64,000 nucleotides of DNA from Nitrososphaeria archaeon (lineage in GTDB: Archaea > Thermoproteota > Nitrososphaeria > JACIWG01): contig JARVJP010000011.1 of assembly GCA_029776065.1 (NCBI GenBank), positions 214,961 to 278,960 on the forward strand. The letters run 5' to 3'. The first letter of the stretch is position 1, and each line of letters begins with the position of its first letter. Of the stretch, positions 28,946-38,566 are shown piece after piece. The position numbers were made by a program, and so were the translations under genes. The notes beneath the pieces are model-generated. The model ran no database searches. It saw only the letters and a list, made by a program, of their open reading frames with translations, and was not told where the DNA came from.

Positions 28946-29464
28946 TTAATTGTTGTGCCTGTCTCCATTTTTGTTTTTTAGGTCGATTTCCATGACGTAG
29001 GCGTCTTCTCCATCATTATAATACCCTCTAATCCTTTGAGCGACATGGTACCCCAGCTTTTTGTACATGCTTATTGCAGGATCATTTGAAACTCTTACTT
29101 CAAGGAAAGACGTCTCACACCCATGCTTCTTAAACTCCTCTATGGCTCGTTGTAAGAGGGCTGTTGCTAGCCCTTTCCTTCTATGCTCTTCAAGAACTGC
29201 GATGGAGATTATATGCCCCTTTTTTACTATTTGAGGTTTTGTTTTAAAAGAAAAACCATACTCTATTCTACCCATATGGTAGGCTACAACTCTTCCATTA
29301 TACTCGATAACTAAGAATGTGTCAGGATTAGTTGAAAATATTGAGGTATAAAACGAGTGCGTATAGTGTTCGGGTAAGGCGACACTGTTAACGTTGATAA
29401 CCCCATCGATATCTTCCTCTCTTGCCTTCCTCAGAGTGTAACCATATGGGATTAGCATCTGCAT
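28946..29464 (-). CDS. GNAT N-acetyltransferase (RimI / archaeal N-alpha-acetyltransferase-like)
   Basis: Acetyl-CoA binding motif A: IISIAVLEEHRRKGLATALL. ~170 aa. Confidence 0.85.
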   Translation of the reverse strand: MQMLIPYGYTLRKAREEDIDGVINVNSVALPEHYTHSFYTSIFSTNPDTFLVIEYNGRVVAYHMGRIEYGFSFKTKPQIVKKGHIISIAVLEEHRRKGLATALLQRAIEEFKKHGCETSFLEVRVSNDPAISMYKKLGYHVAQRIRGYYNDGEDAYVMEIDLKNKNGDRHNN

Positions 29465-29513
29465 ACTTTACGCATAGTTTATTATGTAGATAAGTTTTAA
29501 AGCTGCCCCATTA

Positions 29514-30626
29514 TTGGCTTCTCAGATGCAAAGTTCTGATGGGCAAAACATTCTAGGCTATGAAGAAATTACCAAAGAAGTTAGTAAGAACTTCACAATC
29601 ATAGATTACTTTCTACGCTCTGATGGAGCGGTAGAATATAAGGTCATGAAGACCGAAAACATAAAGGAAAATTTTCTATCCCTTTGGTCTACTTTAAAGA
29701 AGAGTGGTTACATCCCTGTTCTCAGGAAAGGTGAACCATATTTAACGCTTTATGTAGCCCCTTATATTAAAAGGAAAAAGTATAGTTACAAAATGGGGGT
29801 CACACTTCTCGCGGCAACTATGGCATCTCTGTTAATAGATGGTTGGGTGAGGGCTTCATCTTCTACAAGTCAAAAGATATTCCCAGAGTGGAATCCTATA
29901 GTTGTGACTTTATCTTATGCTCTGGCATTTATAGGCATACTCGGTTTGCATGAGGTAGGACATCTAGTTATGTCTAGGAAGCGTGGGCTATCTTCAACAA
30001 TGCCCTACTTTATACCGGGAATTCCAGGCTCAGGCGTTCCAACATTTGGGGCTGTTATATTTGCTACAGAACCTATGGTAAATAAAGATACACAGTTTGA
30101 TATCGGTCTTTTAGGGCCAATTTCAGGATTTATTGTAGCTGTTTTTGTCAGTTTTCTTGGAGTTTTAACCTCAGTTCCTATGACTTTGGAGGAGTTCACT
30201 AAACTCTTTGGAGCAGGAGAAACGTCTTTTGTCGATGTCCCATTAATAATGAACCTTATGTTGATTGGAACGGGAAAGGTGTCGGCATCACAGCAAATGG
30301 TCGTAATACTCTCGCCTCTTGCTTACGCAGCATGGTTCGGTTTTCTAATAACATTCTTGAACACCCTTCCTGCTTGGCAACTTGATGGAGGTCATATGTC
30401 TCGTAGTGTGCTTAATGAGCGGCAGCAGAGAATTGCCACTTTGCTATCTGCTGTTATAATGGCGCTCTTCGGCTTCCTTCTAATGGCTATGCTGATTTTA
30501 TTTTTATCATTTGGGCAGAATGAGATAAAGCCTTTAGATGAAGTTTCACCGCTTTCTAGGTCGAGGAAGCTCGTCTACGGACTAGTGTTGGTGGTCACTA
30601 TTTTATGCGCCCCAATTCCTCTTTAA
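29514..30626 (+). CDS. Site-2 protease family (peptidase M50) membrane metalloprotease
   Basis: HEVGHLV (HExxH) in a TM helix and NTLPAWQLDGGHM (LDG motif). Confidence 0.85.
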   Translation: MASQMQSSDGQNILGYEEITKEVSKNFTIIDYFLRSDGAVEYKVMKTENIKENFLSLWSTLKKSGYIPVLRKGEPYLTLYVAPYIKRKKYSYKMGVTLLAATMASLLIDGWVRASSSTSQKIFPEWNPIVVTLSYALAFIGILGLHEVGHLVMSRKRGLSSTMPYFIPGIPGSGVPTFGAVIFATEPMVNKDTQFDIGLLGPISGFIVAVFVSFLGVLTSVPMTLEEFTKLFGAGETSFVDVPLIMNLMLIGTGKVSASQQMVVILSPLAYAAWFGFLITFLNTLPAWQLDGGHMSRSVLNERQQRIATLLSAVIMALFGFLLMAMLILFLSFGQNEIKPLDEVSPLSRSRKLVYGLVLVVTILCAPIPL

Positions 30627-31768
30627 GAATGTATTAGTAGTGTCTTATCCCCTCTGGCTAAAACGGTTATTTTTTTCCTTTTTTCCTGATCCTTTTCAAT
30701 CAAGTAGTTTACTGCGTCGTTGCCGGTTGTATAACTTTTATAACCTAATCTTTTCTCGATAAAAGACTTTGGTAGTGTCGTCAAGAATCCTAGGTCGAAT
30801 TGCGCTCCGTAGTTTAACAAATAGTAAAGGTTTTCTATCCCTTCAATGTACTGGTTTCTTTTGATACTTTCTTTTACTTCGAAACCTCGATATATGTATT
30901 GAGTAATAGCTTCTGAGCCAAGGCCACCGCTCGATTCTGTTAGAACGATCACTGACGCTCCTTCCTCGAGAGCTGGTAAAATGTTCCATAGCGAGTTAAG
31001 GGATTGATCGAAAGTTGAACATTTACTTTCCTCACCAGGTGTAACTACAGCTAATGGTATCTTCAAACCAACCTTCTTTGCTGAATACTTCAAAAGTTCT
31101 TGGGTTGCTGATTTATGGGCTTCAAGGACGTTCCCTGTAAAGACTTTACTGAAGTCGTCTCTACCAGGAAGGACCTCGATAGCTTTAACTTCCTTAAGTT
31201 CCTCTGCTACTCTTCCAGCAAACCAGCTCGCCGCAGTATCATTAGCTGGGTTAGGCTTTAACTCAGTCTCTCTTTTTAAGGCCTCAAACTTTAGGTTATC
31301 CCCTAAAAATTTTATTAAAGCTGTTGGCCCCCCTGAAAACCCGAAAAGCGGGTCTAAACCAACAGATGAAATGAAATAGAGATCTTTTCTGGAAAAGATG
31401 GTTGGCGACTTTAATACTACTCCATCAACTATTCCAATAGAGTGTTTCTCTTCATCTATCTTCGTAAAGGTGCACTGTGTTTCCTTGACCTCCCTTTTAT
31501 ATTGTCTTAAAATTTGTTCATTCGAGTATATATTGACTTTACTTGGTGAAACAAATTGGATTAGATGTCGTATGAACTTAACTGTCGATAACTCGTAGTC
31601 CCCTGCTAGAACATGTATTTCATCCATCTCCTTTAATTCCTGTAGTTCCTTGTTAATCACATCTACTATTTGGTCTGGTAAGGGGTCTTCTATGACTTGG
31701 GCAAGACGCTCCCTTCGGATCTCTATGGCGATTTCGACCTTTCCATATCTTAGCCAGATTTCAGGCAT
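30623..31768 (-). CDS. LarA-like (DUF2088, lactate racemase family) protein, apparently lacking the cofactor-tethering lysine
   Basis: N-terminus IWLRYGKVEIAIEI resembles LarA IYLPYGKTDTLTAEV. DPLFGFSGGPTALIKFLG aligns with LarA EPHFFAGFSGGRKSILPG but has L for His and PT for RK. Confidence 0.5.
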   Translation of the reverse strand: MPEIWLRYGKVEIAIEIRRERLAQVIEDPLPDQIVDVINKELQELKEMDEIHVLAGDYELSTVKFIRHLIQFVSPSKVNIYSNEQILRQYKREVKETQCTFTKIDEEKHSIGIVDGVVLKSPTIFSRKDLYFISSVGLDPLFGFSGGPTALIKFLGDNLKFEALKRETELKPNPANDTAASWFAGRVAEELKEVKAIEVLPGRDDFSKVFTGNVLEAHKSATQELLKYSAKKVGLKIPLAVVTPGEESKCSTFDQSLNSLWNILPALEEGASVIVLTESSGGLGSEAITQYIYRGFEVKESIKRNQYIEGIENLYYLLNYGAQFDLGFLTTLPKSFIEKRLGYKSYTTGNDAVNYLIEKDQEKRKKITVLARGDKTLLIHS

Positions 31769-31872
31769 GTTCTACCCACAACTAGTAAGCGCATTTAATA
31801 AATCCTTACTTTATTTTACTCTTTTCGTTTCCTGTTAAAGGTTTTATCTTAGAGGTGGGATACTAGTGTCAT

Positions 31873-32523
31873 ATGGTGAACAAGGCGGTTAAGATTTTAT
31901 GGTTAAACGAGTACAGCACCATAAAGGTGACCTATAATAATATATCATTAGTCACTGATCCTGCTCAGACCCTGTCTTCTAGCATAGGAGAAGTAAACTA
32001 CATACTTATCTCGCATGAGCACTACGACCACTTGGATGTTCGACTGGTGAACGAGCTCTCAAAGTATTCCCCAATGGTCATATCCGACTCGGAGTCAGGG
32101 AGTAGATTAAGAAGGTACATCCCAAAGGAGCGACTTAGAATTATGAGACCTGGGAACATTTACAAAGACTCTAATCTATCTATTACAGCTTATAAGAGCG
32201 TTCACCCCGCAGTTAACCCCGTCACTTATTTGATCGAATACTCTGATTGCGTTAAACTGTTTTATGCAAATGGCTCACTACTTACAGGTGAACATTCTCA
32301 ACTTGCAAAATTGAATGTTGACCTGGCTTTTGTGCCCATTGGTATCGCTCCAGGTGCCTCACCTAAGAGTGGTAGTGAGATGGTTCACGTGATTCAGCCT
32401 CGAGTCGCTATTCCTTTGCATGGTACTCGTTCTAATGATTTCAAATCTATAGTGGAGGCTAGAGACCCTAATATTAGAGTTCAAATAATCCCTAGAGATG
32501 TGGAAGTGGTGGTGGAGTTATGA
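31873..32523 (+). CDS. Metallo-beta-lactamase fold hydrolase
   Basis: SHEHYDHL (HxHxDH) motif. Downstream His (..AIPLHG..). Confidence 0.8.
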   Translation: MVNKAVKILWLNEYSTIKVTYNNISLVTDPAQTLSSSIGEVNYILISHEHYDHLDVRLVNELSKYSPMVISDSESGSRLRRYIPKERLRIMRPGNIYKDSNLSITAYKSVHPAVNPVTYLIEYSDCVKLFYANGSLLTGEHSQLAKLNVDLAFVPIGIAPGASPKSGSEMVHVIQPRVAIPLHGTRSNDFKSIVEARDPNIRVQIIPRDVEVVVEL

Positions 32524-33149
32524 ACTGGAATGAGGAGAAGTTACATTTGGTAAAAGATTTAGCCCGATCACTGGTTAAGGCACAGGCTCTTAAGTTCGGT
32601 GTTTTCACATTAACAAGTGGAAAGATGAGCAGTTATTACATAGACTTGAGGCTGGTTCCAAGTTATCCTTCAATTTTCAAGAAGATTATAAGCATGTTCT
32701 CTAGAGTTGTTGTTGAAGAAGTTGGCTTATCAAACTTCGATCTAATCTGTGGTATACCTACTTCCGGTCTTGTCTTTGCCTCTGCTGTCGCTTTCTCTTT
32801 AGAGAAACCTTTGATCTATGTCCGTAAGGAGGTTAGAGGTCACGGTACTCAGAAGAATATTGAAGGTTTACTTAAACCAGGGCAACGTGTATTATTGATC
32901 GACGATCTGATTACAACCGGTTCTTCTTTGATCACTGCTAAGGAGGCTGTGACCTTAGAGGGTGGTGAAGTATCAGATGCCGTTGTTCTTGTTGACCGTG
33001 AGGAAGGCGGGATCCAAAAGTTAAAAGAATTTGGGATAACTGTACATTATGTATCAAAGGTTACAGAAATAGCGAAAGAACTTTATCAAAATAATGTTAT
33101 CACTGACGAAGAATATAAAGCTGTTCTTAAACAGGTAGGGACAAAGTAA
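32520..33149 (+). CDS. pyrE: Orotate phosphoribosyltransferase
   Basis: PRPP-binding motif VLLIDDLITTGSS. Type-I PRTase length ~200 aa. 4-nt overlap with upstream gene. Confidence 0.75.
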   Translation: MNWNEEKLHLVKDLARSLVKAQALKFGVFTLTSGKMSSYYIDLRLVPSYPSIFKKIISMFSRVVVEEVGLSNFDLICGIPTSGLVFASAVAFSLEKPLIYVRKEVRGHGTQKNIEGLLKPGQRVLLIDDLITTGSSLITAKEAVTLEGGEVSDAVVLVDREEGGIQKLKEFGITVHYVSKVTEIAKELYQNNVITDEEYKAVLKQVGTK

Positions 33150-33156
33150 GGTTCTA

Positions 33157-33717
33157 TCATCGATATACCATTAACTTCATTTGTTCAAGTGTTTGATGTA
33201 AGTTAGCAACCGCTTCATATACTTCTTGCTCCTTCTTCGCCCCTGTACACACCAGCTTTCCACTAGCAAACAACAGAATAACTGTCTTCGGTTGAAGCAT
33301 TCGGTGTATAAGCCCTGGAAACTGTTCTGGTTCATACATAGACCGGGGTAACTTGATTGCTGCTTCCTCTAGGTCAACCCTACCACCTAAACTTGCTGAA
33401 GCAACGATATTCTGAATCTCGATAACTGGCTCGTTTGTGATCTCAATTCCACCATCCTTAAGCATCTTAACGACCGTGTGTACTGCTTTGAACGCTTGCT
33501 CCTCGGACTTTCCACCCGTACAAACCATCTTCCCAGAGCTAAATATTAGGGTAGCAGTCTTTGGTGTTTTCAACCTAAAGACTAAACCTGGGAACTGATC
33601 CGGTCTATATTCAACGTTTGTAAACCTTCTCGTTATTTCTATCAAATTAATGTTCTGGTTAACAGAAGCTGATGCGACAACGTTTTCTATGCTTACAATT
33701 CGCTTGCCCTTTGACAT
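33157..33717 (-). CDS. tbp: TATA-box binding protein
   Basis: Two direct repeats of the TBP fold (..IENVVASASVNQNINL.. and ..IQNIVASASLGGRVDL..). Confidence 0.95.
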   Translation of the reverse strand: MSKGKRIVSIENVVASASVNQNINLIEITRRFTNVEYRPDQFPGLVFRLKTPKTATLIFSSGKMVCTGGKSEEQAFKAVHTVVKMLKDGGIEITNEPVIEIQNIVASASLGGRVDLEEAAIKLPRSMYEPEQFPGLIHRMLQPKTVILLFASGKLVCTGAKKEQEVYEAVANLHQTLEQMKLMVYR

Positions 33718-33901
33718 TCTATCTCGTTAAATACTTATAAATAAGATATATAAATAGTTTATAAAGCCTCATCTACGTAGGATTCCTTTGATTTTAACCT
33801 AATGTACAGGTAGTGGAAGGCAAGTTTTGTCGAGGGAGCAGAAACCTTCTATGGAATCTGAACATGCTCTATTTAATATTCTTCATAGGCAAAGGGAAGT
33901 G

Positions 33902-34414
33902 TTAACCCGCCCTTTTCTTAGGCTGATAGATGTCTAAATATATTAGATAAATTACTAAAATCGCAATTATCGCATAATTCACAGGTGGTGCTAATGCCTG
34001 TCCAATAAAACCTGCATAAGGAATTCTTATTCCTACATATTTTCCAACGTAGTTATCACTTTTAACATAATTTGAATCAGGGACTTGATTGTTATCTCCC
34101 TTAGTTATAAACACTCTTTCCCCATTGATGTTTCTAACATCAACGATACGATGAACTACCTTATCATCCAATAAAGGCCTTTTAAAGACAATTATATCCC
34201 CAACCTTTAAGTCTTCAAATCTGGTCCAGTCTATTATTATTAAATCCCCATTCTCTATTGTAGGGTGCATGCTGATTCCTTCAACATAGTAGAAAGGAGA
34301 ATAACCTAGAATGGCACTAAATAGTAGTAAGATCAAGGAAGCGAACAAAACAACTAATACAATATCTTCAAGTATATTGAGCGCTTTCTTGTGTTTTTCT
34401 AAAAAGTCAACCAT
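33902..34414 (-). CDS. Signal peptidase I, archaeal/eukaryotic type (S26B, Sec11-like)
   Basis: N-terminal TM anchor then GISMHPTIENGDLIII (Ser nucleophile in SM-x-P). Catalytic His region ..VVHRIV... Confidence 0.8.
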   Translation of the reverse strand: MVDFLEKHKKALNILEDIVLVVLFASLILLLFSAILGYSPFYYVEGISMHPTIENGDLIIIDWTRFEDLKVGDIIVFKRPLLDDKVVHRIVDVRNINGERVFITKGDNNQVPDSNYVKSDNYVGKYVGIRIPYAGFIGQALAPPVNYAIIAILVIYLIYLDIYQPKKRAG

Positions 34415-35481
34415 ATCCTTTCTGTCCTCTCGACGAAGTTGAACTGAACTAAGTGGCCTGACCCGAATCTTATTGACACATAATTATTTGAACCGTTAAG
34501 AGGTATATATGGGACATATGTTTCTATTTCAAAGGATGTGAAGGGTGCTACAAATTCAGGCTTAACAGATAAACTCTGCGTTATGGTTCCGTTAACAGTA
34601 ATCTGTGAGATAAACATATTCATAGGTATTATCGAATTCGACTTCACAGTTATGAAAACATGTTTCGGTTCAACTAGGTAAAATGAAACCTTGTCAACAT
34701 ATGCAACCAAGTTCTCACACCAGATCGTTAACCCAACTACCTCATATTTATCAGAAGGGCTAGCGTCAATACCCCTCCATTTCCTAAGATATTCCGAGAA
34801 TAATCCTGTTAGGCTTGAGATCTGAAGCGAATACTCGATCCATTCATCAGATTCTGGCAAGTTTTTGTAAAGTAAAACTCGGTGTTTTGTCGAAGTCGCC
34901 CCGTTAGTAATGTTTTCCATCCTTTTATAAAGCACAAGGTCTAGAAAAAAGGCGGTTACATTCGTCTTTCCATGATGGAAGACTATCGTTTCCATCGCTA
35001 TATAAGAAGGTATTGTACCAAAAGGTGTCTTGGTGGTTCTTGCAGCAAATGAAAAAACCAAGTTCCCCCCTACGATATACCTTGTTGTAGCGTTTTTACC
35101 AGAATATATGATCTGTGGAATATTAATGGGTGTTGAAGGCGTCATATTTATTCCCATATTTCCTTCGTAGACCATCGTACGGCTGATCTTTGAACCATTA
35201 ATAAGATTCCAGCTACTCACAACCCCGTCTAAAACATTTTCAAATCCAGTATTTTCATACACTGGAAATAACTGTTCTTTAGTCGTGCGAAAGCCAGATA
35301 ACTCAACAGCTCCAGGTATGAATGGAAGAATCGCTGTTACCAGTAAGATGGCCGTAATGAGGAGTAATACTAAAACTTTTCTCGTTGAAAAGGATCGAAG
35401 TTTTCTCATATTAATGTCACACTGCTTAGGATACCTGTTCATTTTTTCTAATAAATAAACATTAGAGAACGCAATAATCAT
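34399..35481 (-). CDS. Hypothetical secreted/membrane-anchored protein (N-terminal TM, beta-rich ectodomain)
   Basis: 360 aa, N-terminal hydrophobic anchor VLVLLLITAILLVTAILPFIP. Many N-x-S/T sequons. 16-nt overlap with the signal peptidase gene. Confidence 0.5.
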   Translation of the reverse strand: MIIAFSNVYLLEKMNRYPKQCDINMRKLRSFSTRKVLVLLLITAILLVTAILPFIPGAVELSGFRTTKEQLFPVYENTGFENVLDGVVSSWNLINGSKISRTMVYEGNMGINMTPSTPINIPQIIYSGKNATTRYIVGGNLVFSFAARTTKTPFGTIPSYIAMETIVFHHGKTNVTAFFLDLVLYKRMENITNGATSTKHRVLLYKNLPESDEWIEYSLQISSLTGLFSEYLRKWRGIDASPSDKYEVVGLTIWCENLVAYVDKVSFYLVEPKHVFITVKSNSIIPMNMFISQITVNGTITQSLSVKPEFVAPFTSFEIETYVPYIPLNGSNNYVSIRFGSGHLVQFNFVERTERIWLTF

Positions 35482-35564
35482 TACTAAAATAAATGATTTA
35501 ATGAAGATGCTTATCCGATTATAGCAATATTTATATAGCGATAGTCTAAAATTACCAAGTTAAG

Positions 35565-37496
35565 GTGCAAAAAATGAGAGGAATTTCTCGCACAATATTA
35601 GCTGTTGCAGTGATCGTCTTAGTAGTTATAGTAGGTGCTGTTGCGGTCTTAATGCAACCTCCTACACCAACTATTACCACAACAACCACTACCACCACTG
35701 CTACTACTACAACTGCTACTACTTCCACGACAATCACAACAACTACCGCTACCACCACTACAGCCACTACTACAACTGTCACAACTTCGCCAACAACTAC
35801 GACTACAACGATAAAGCCTCCAAACCCTGACACACTTGTTCAAGAAACGATCGGTGAGCCTGATTACGTTGACCCAGCTGTAGACTATGAAACCGCTGGG
35901 GGAGAGATCATAATGAACGTATACGAAACATTGATGTGGTATGATGGTGAAAGTGCTACAAAGGTGATTCCATGGCTCGCAGAAAGTTACCAGATGTCTG
36001 CTGATGGCAAGAGTTACACATTCACACTCAGAAAGGGTATCAAGTTCCATGATGGTACGCCATTTAATGCGAAAGCTGTCAACTATTCTATTGTAAGAGC
36101 AATACTAATAGCTGACCCTAATGGACCAGCGTGGATGCTCGGGCCATTAAAGGGCGCAGAAGAGTTGATGTATAGTATCCAAGATGGTGTTGCAACACAG
36201 GATGATGTAGCTGCATGGCTTGCCTCTAAGCCAATAGAAGTACTTGACGAGTATACAGTTAGAATGAACCTAGACTACCCGTACTCTCCTTGGCTTTCTG
36301 TTCTAGCATATACTGTTACAGCGATAGTCTCCCCAACTTATGTTGAGGCACATGGAGGTATCGTAGTCGGCGAGCATAATGAATGGATGGATAGGCATGC
36401 TGAAGCAGGAACAGGGCCTTATATTCTAAAGTCCTGGGAACCAAATGTCCTGACATTGGTCAGGAACGACGCGTACTGGGGTGGACCCAAAGGCAATATC
36501 AAACCTGTTCTGAAGACCGTGATCATAAAAGGTGTTGCTGATGCGAATACTAGACTATTAGATCTATTAAAGGGGGACGCTGACTTTGCCTACGTGCCTG
36601 TAACTCACATAGACCAACTGATAGATATGACTACTTGGTTTAACGAAAAGAAGATCGTGGTCAAGCCAGAAGTAGCTGACAAGGTCCGAGTAACAGGACC
36701 ATATGAGACGTTCAACCTGGACTTTATCGCCTTCAACCTGAATATCAAAGATGAGATAACAAAACAACCTGCAGCCTTCCAACCATTTAGGGATATAAGA
36801 GTGCGAAAAGCCTTCGTATATGCTTTCGACATAGACCAATACCTTAGAGATGTGGTGAAATATTTCGCTATACAACCAAATGGACCCGTACCCAAAGGAA
36901 TGTTCGGATACAATCCAAGTATACCTACACAACAGTATAATTTAACAAAGGCTAAAGAACTCCTACTACAAGCTGGTCCAGATCTTGGATTTAGCCCACA
37001 GAATCCTAAGACCATGACATTATACTACAACACAGGAAACTTAGCCCGTGAAAAAGCAGCCCTTCTAATCGCAAGCGCGATCAACTCACTTAACGTAGGT
37101 TTGGTGATTCAAGTCGTACCACTTGATTGGCCAGCCTTCCTTGCAAAGCAGAGGGCAAGAGCGTTACCATTCTTCGTTCTAGGTTGGGCACCAGACTATG
37201 TTGATCCAGATGACTACCTTATACCATTCGGTCACGGTCAGAAAGGCACTTTCCCAATAGTAATTGGGTACAATAACCCTGAATTAAACACCTTGATTGA
37301 GCAACAAGCAGTTGAAGCAGATCCTGTGAAGAGGCAAGCGATAATAGACCAGATAGTGAACACTTTGAACTCAGAGTACATCTACCTTTGGACCGCTCAA
37401 GCAACTGCACGCCATGTTGAAAGAACATGGGTAAAAGGTTGGTACTATAACCCAGCTTATCCAGGCAACTATTTTGCAACAATATCTAAAGGGTGA
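35565..37496 (+). CDS. ABC transporter substrate-binding protein, family 5 (oligopeptide/dipeptide), N-terminally anchored with poly-Thr linker
   Basis: N-terminal TM, ~50-aa Thr-rich low-complexity linker, then full SBP_bac_5-like domain. Followed by permease and ATPase genes. Confidence 0.9.
   Translation: MQKMRGISRTILAVAVIVLVVIVGAVAVLMQPPTPTITTTTTTTTATTTTATTSTTITTTTATTTTATTTTVTTSPTTTTTTIKPPNPDTLVQETIGEPDYVDPAVDYETAGGEIIMNVYETLMWYDGESATKVIPWLAESYQMSADGKSYTFTLRKGIKFHDGTPFNAKAVNYSIVRAILIADPNGPAWMLGPLKGAEELMYSIQDGVATQDDVAAWLASKPIEVLDEYTVRMNLDYPYSPWLSVLAYTVTAIVSPTYVEAHGGIVVGEHNEWMDRHAEAGTGPYILKSWEPNVLTLVRNDAYWGGPKGNIKPVLKTVIIKGVADANTRLLDLLKGDADFAYVPVTHIDQLIDMTTWFNEKKIVVKPEVADKVRVTGPYETFNLDFIAFNLNIKDEITKQPAAFQPFRDIRVRKAFVYAFDIDQYLRDVVKYFAIQPNGPVPKGMFGYNPSIPTQQYNLTKAKELLLQAGPDLGFSPQNPKTMTLYYNTGNLAREKAALLIASAINSLNVGLVIQVVPLDWPAFLAKQRARALPFFVLGWAPDYVDPDDYLIPFGHGQKGTFPIVIGYNNPELNTLIEQQAVEADPVKRQAIIDQIVNTLNSEYIYLWTAQATARHVERTWVKGWYYNPAYPGNYFATISKG
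35690..35815 (+). repeat. Low-complexity ACN-codon (poly-Thr) coding repeat within SBP gene
   Basis: Run of ACT/ACA/ACC/GCT codons encoding TTTTTTTTATTTTATTSTTITTTTATTTTATTTTVTTSPTTTTTT. Generates spurious antisense ORFs (35552-35833, 35649-36050). Confidence 0.9.
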
Positions 37497-37524
37497 TTAC
37501 ACCCTTTTCCTCTTTTTCTTTTAG

Positions 37525-38565
37525 GTGATTTTTTTGAAATTATATGAATATTCTATAAGGAGAATATTCTTGTTGATTTTTGTGTTATTAGGTGTAACCA
37601 TTCTTACCTTTTATTTGTCAAGGATAGTTTTGAACCCTCTAGGTGCATACGTCACAGAGAGAACTAGACCTGAAGCAATACCTGCTATTGAAAAGAGGCT
37701 TGGTTTAGATAAACCTTTCTATATCCAATATATAATATATTTGCAAGACTTGGTGACTTTCAACTGGGGTTGGTCTAGGGTAGCGCATATGCCTGTTATT
37801 GAAGCTCTTTTTTATCGTTTTCCCGCAACCGTTGAGCTTGCAATAGCATCATTTATTATCATAATTCTGGTCGGTGTTCCTTTAGGTATTATAAGTGCAT
37901 TAAAGAATAACTCTGTTGTAGATCACGCTATTAGGATTTTCTCTTTAACGGGTATATCTATTCCGGTCTTCTGGCTCGCTTTGACATTGCAATATTCGTT
38001 CTCATACCTTCCAAAGGTCGCTGGCCTACCTAGTCTTCCTTCAAATGGGCGGGTTGACGCCCTTTTATATCAACAGTATCCTGTTAATAGGATAACAGGC
38101 TTGATGATATTCGATTCACTGATACAAGGCAACTTTATAATAGCATCTGACGCTCTGCTACATCTAATACTTCCGGCCATGACATTGGCTTTTCTGAGTA
38201 TAGGGGCTGTAACAAGGGTTGCGCGTTCAAGTATGCTCGAAGTCCTACGCCAAGACTACATATCAACAGCTAGAGCCTACGGGTTACCTGAACGTATGGT
38301 GATATACAAATACGCTCTAAAAAACGCTATGATCCCTGTAACGACGTTAAGCGGTCTTTTGTTCGGCGGGTTATTAGCTGGGGCTATAATAACTGAAAGC
38401 ATTTTCGCGTTCCCAGGTATGGGCCAGCTGACAGTATTCGCCATATCTTCAAACGATTCATACACTATTATGGCGTTTACGGTCTTAGCCTCATTCATTT
38501 ATGTGTTAATAAATCTCTTAGTGGATATAGTGTACGCTAAGCTCGATCCAAGAATTAAGTATTAA
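37525..38565 (+). CDS. ABC transporter permease (OppB-like)
   Basis: Polytopic. Conserved EAA-like region ..STARAYGLPERMVIYKYALKNAMIPV... Confidence 0.85.
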   Translation: MIFLKLYEYSIRRIFLLIFVLLGVTILTFYLSRIVLNPLGAYVTERTRPEAIPAIEKRLGLDKPFYIQYIIYLQDLVTFNWGWSRVAHMPVIEALFYRFPATVELAIASFIIIILVGVPLGIISALKNNSVVDHAIRIFSLTGISIPVFWLALTLQYSFSYLPKVAGLPSLPSNGRVDALLYQQYPVNRITGLMIFDSLIQGNFIIASDALLHLILPAMTLAFLSIGAVTRVARSSMLEVLRQDYISTARAYGLPERMVIYKYALKNAMIPVTTLSGLLFGGLLAGAIITESIFAFPGMGQLTVFAISSNDSYTIMAFTVLASFIYVLINLLVDIVYAKLDPRIKY

Positions 38566-38566
38566 G

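Noticed and set aside
35552-36050. Minus-strand ORFs (35552-35833 poly-Val/Gly; 35649-36050 Cys/Ser-rich) overlapping the start of the SBP gene
   Set aside because: They are antisense read-throughs of the ACN-codon poly-Thr tract of the plus-strand SBP gene. Low-complexity composition and no independent signals.
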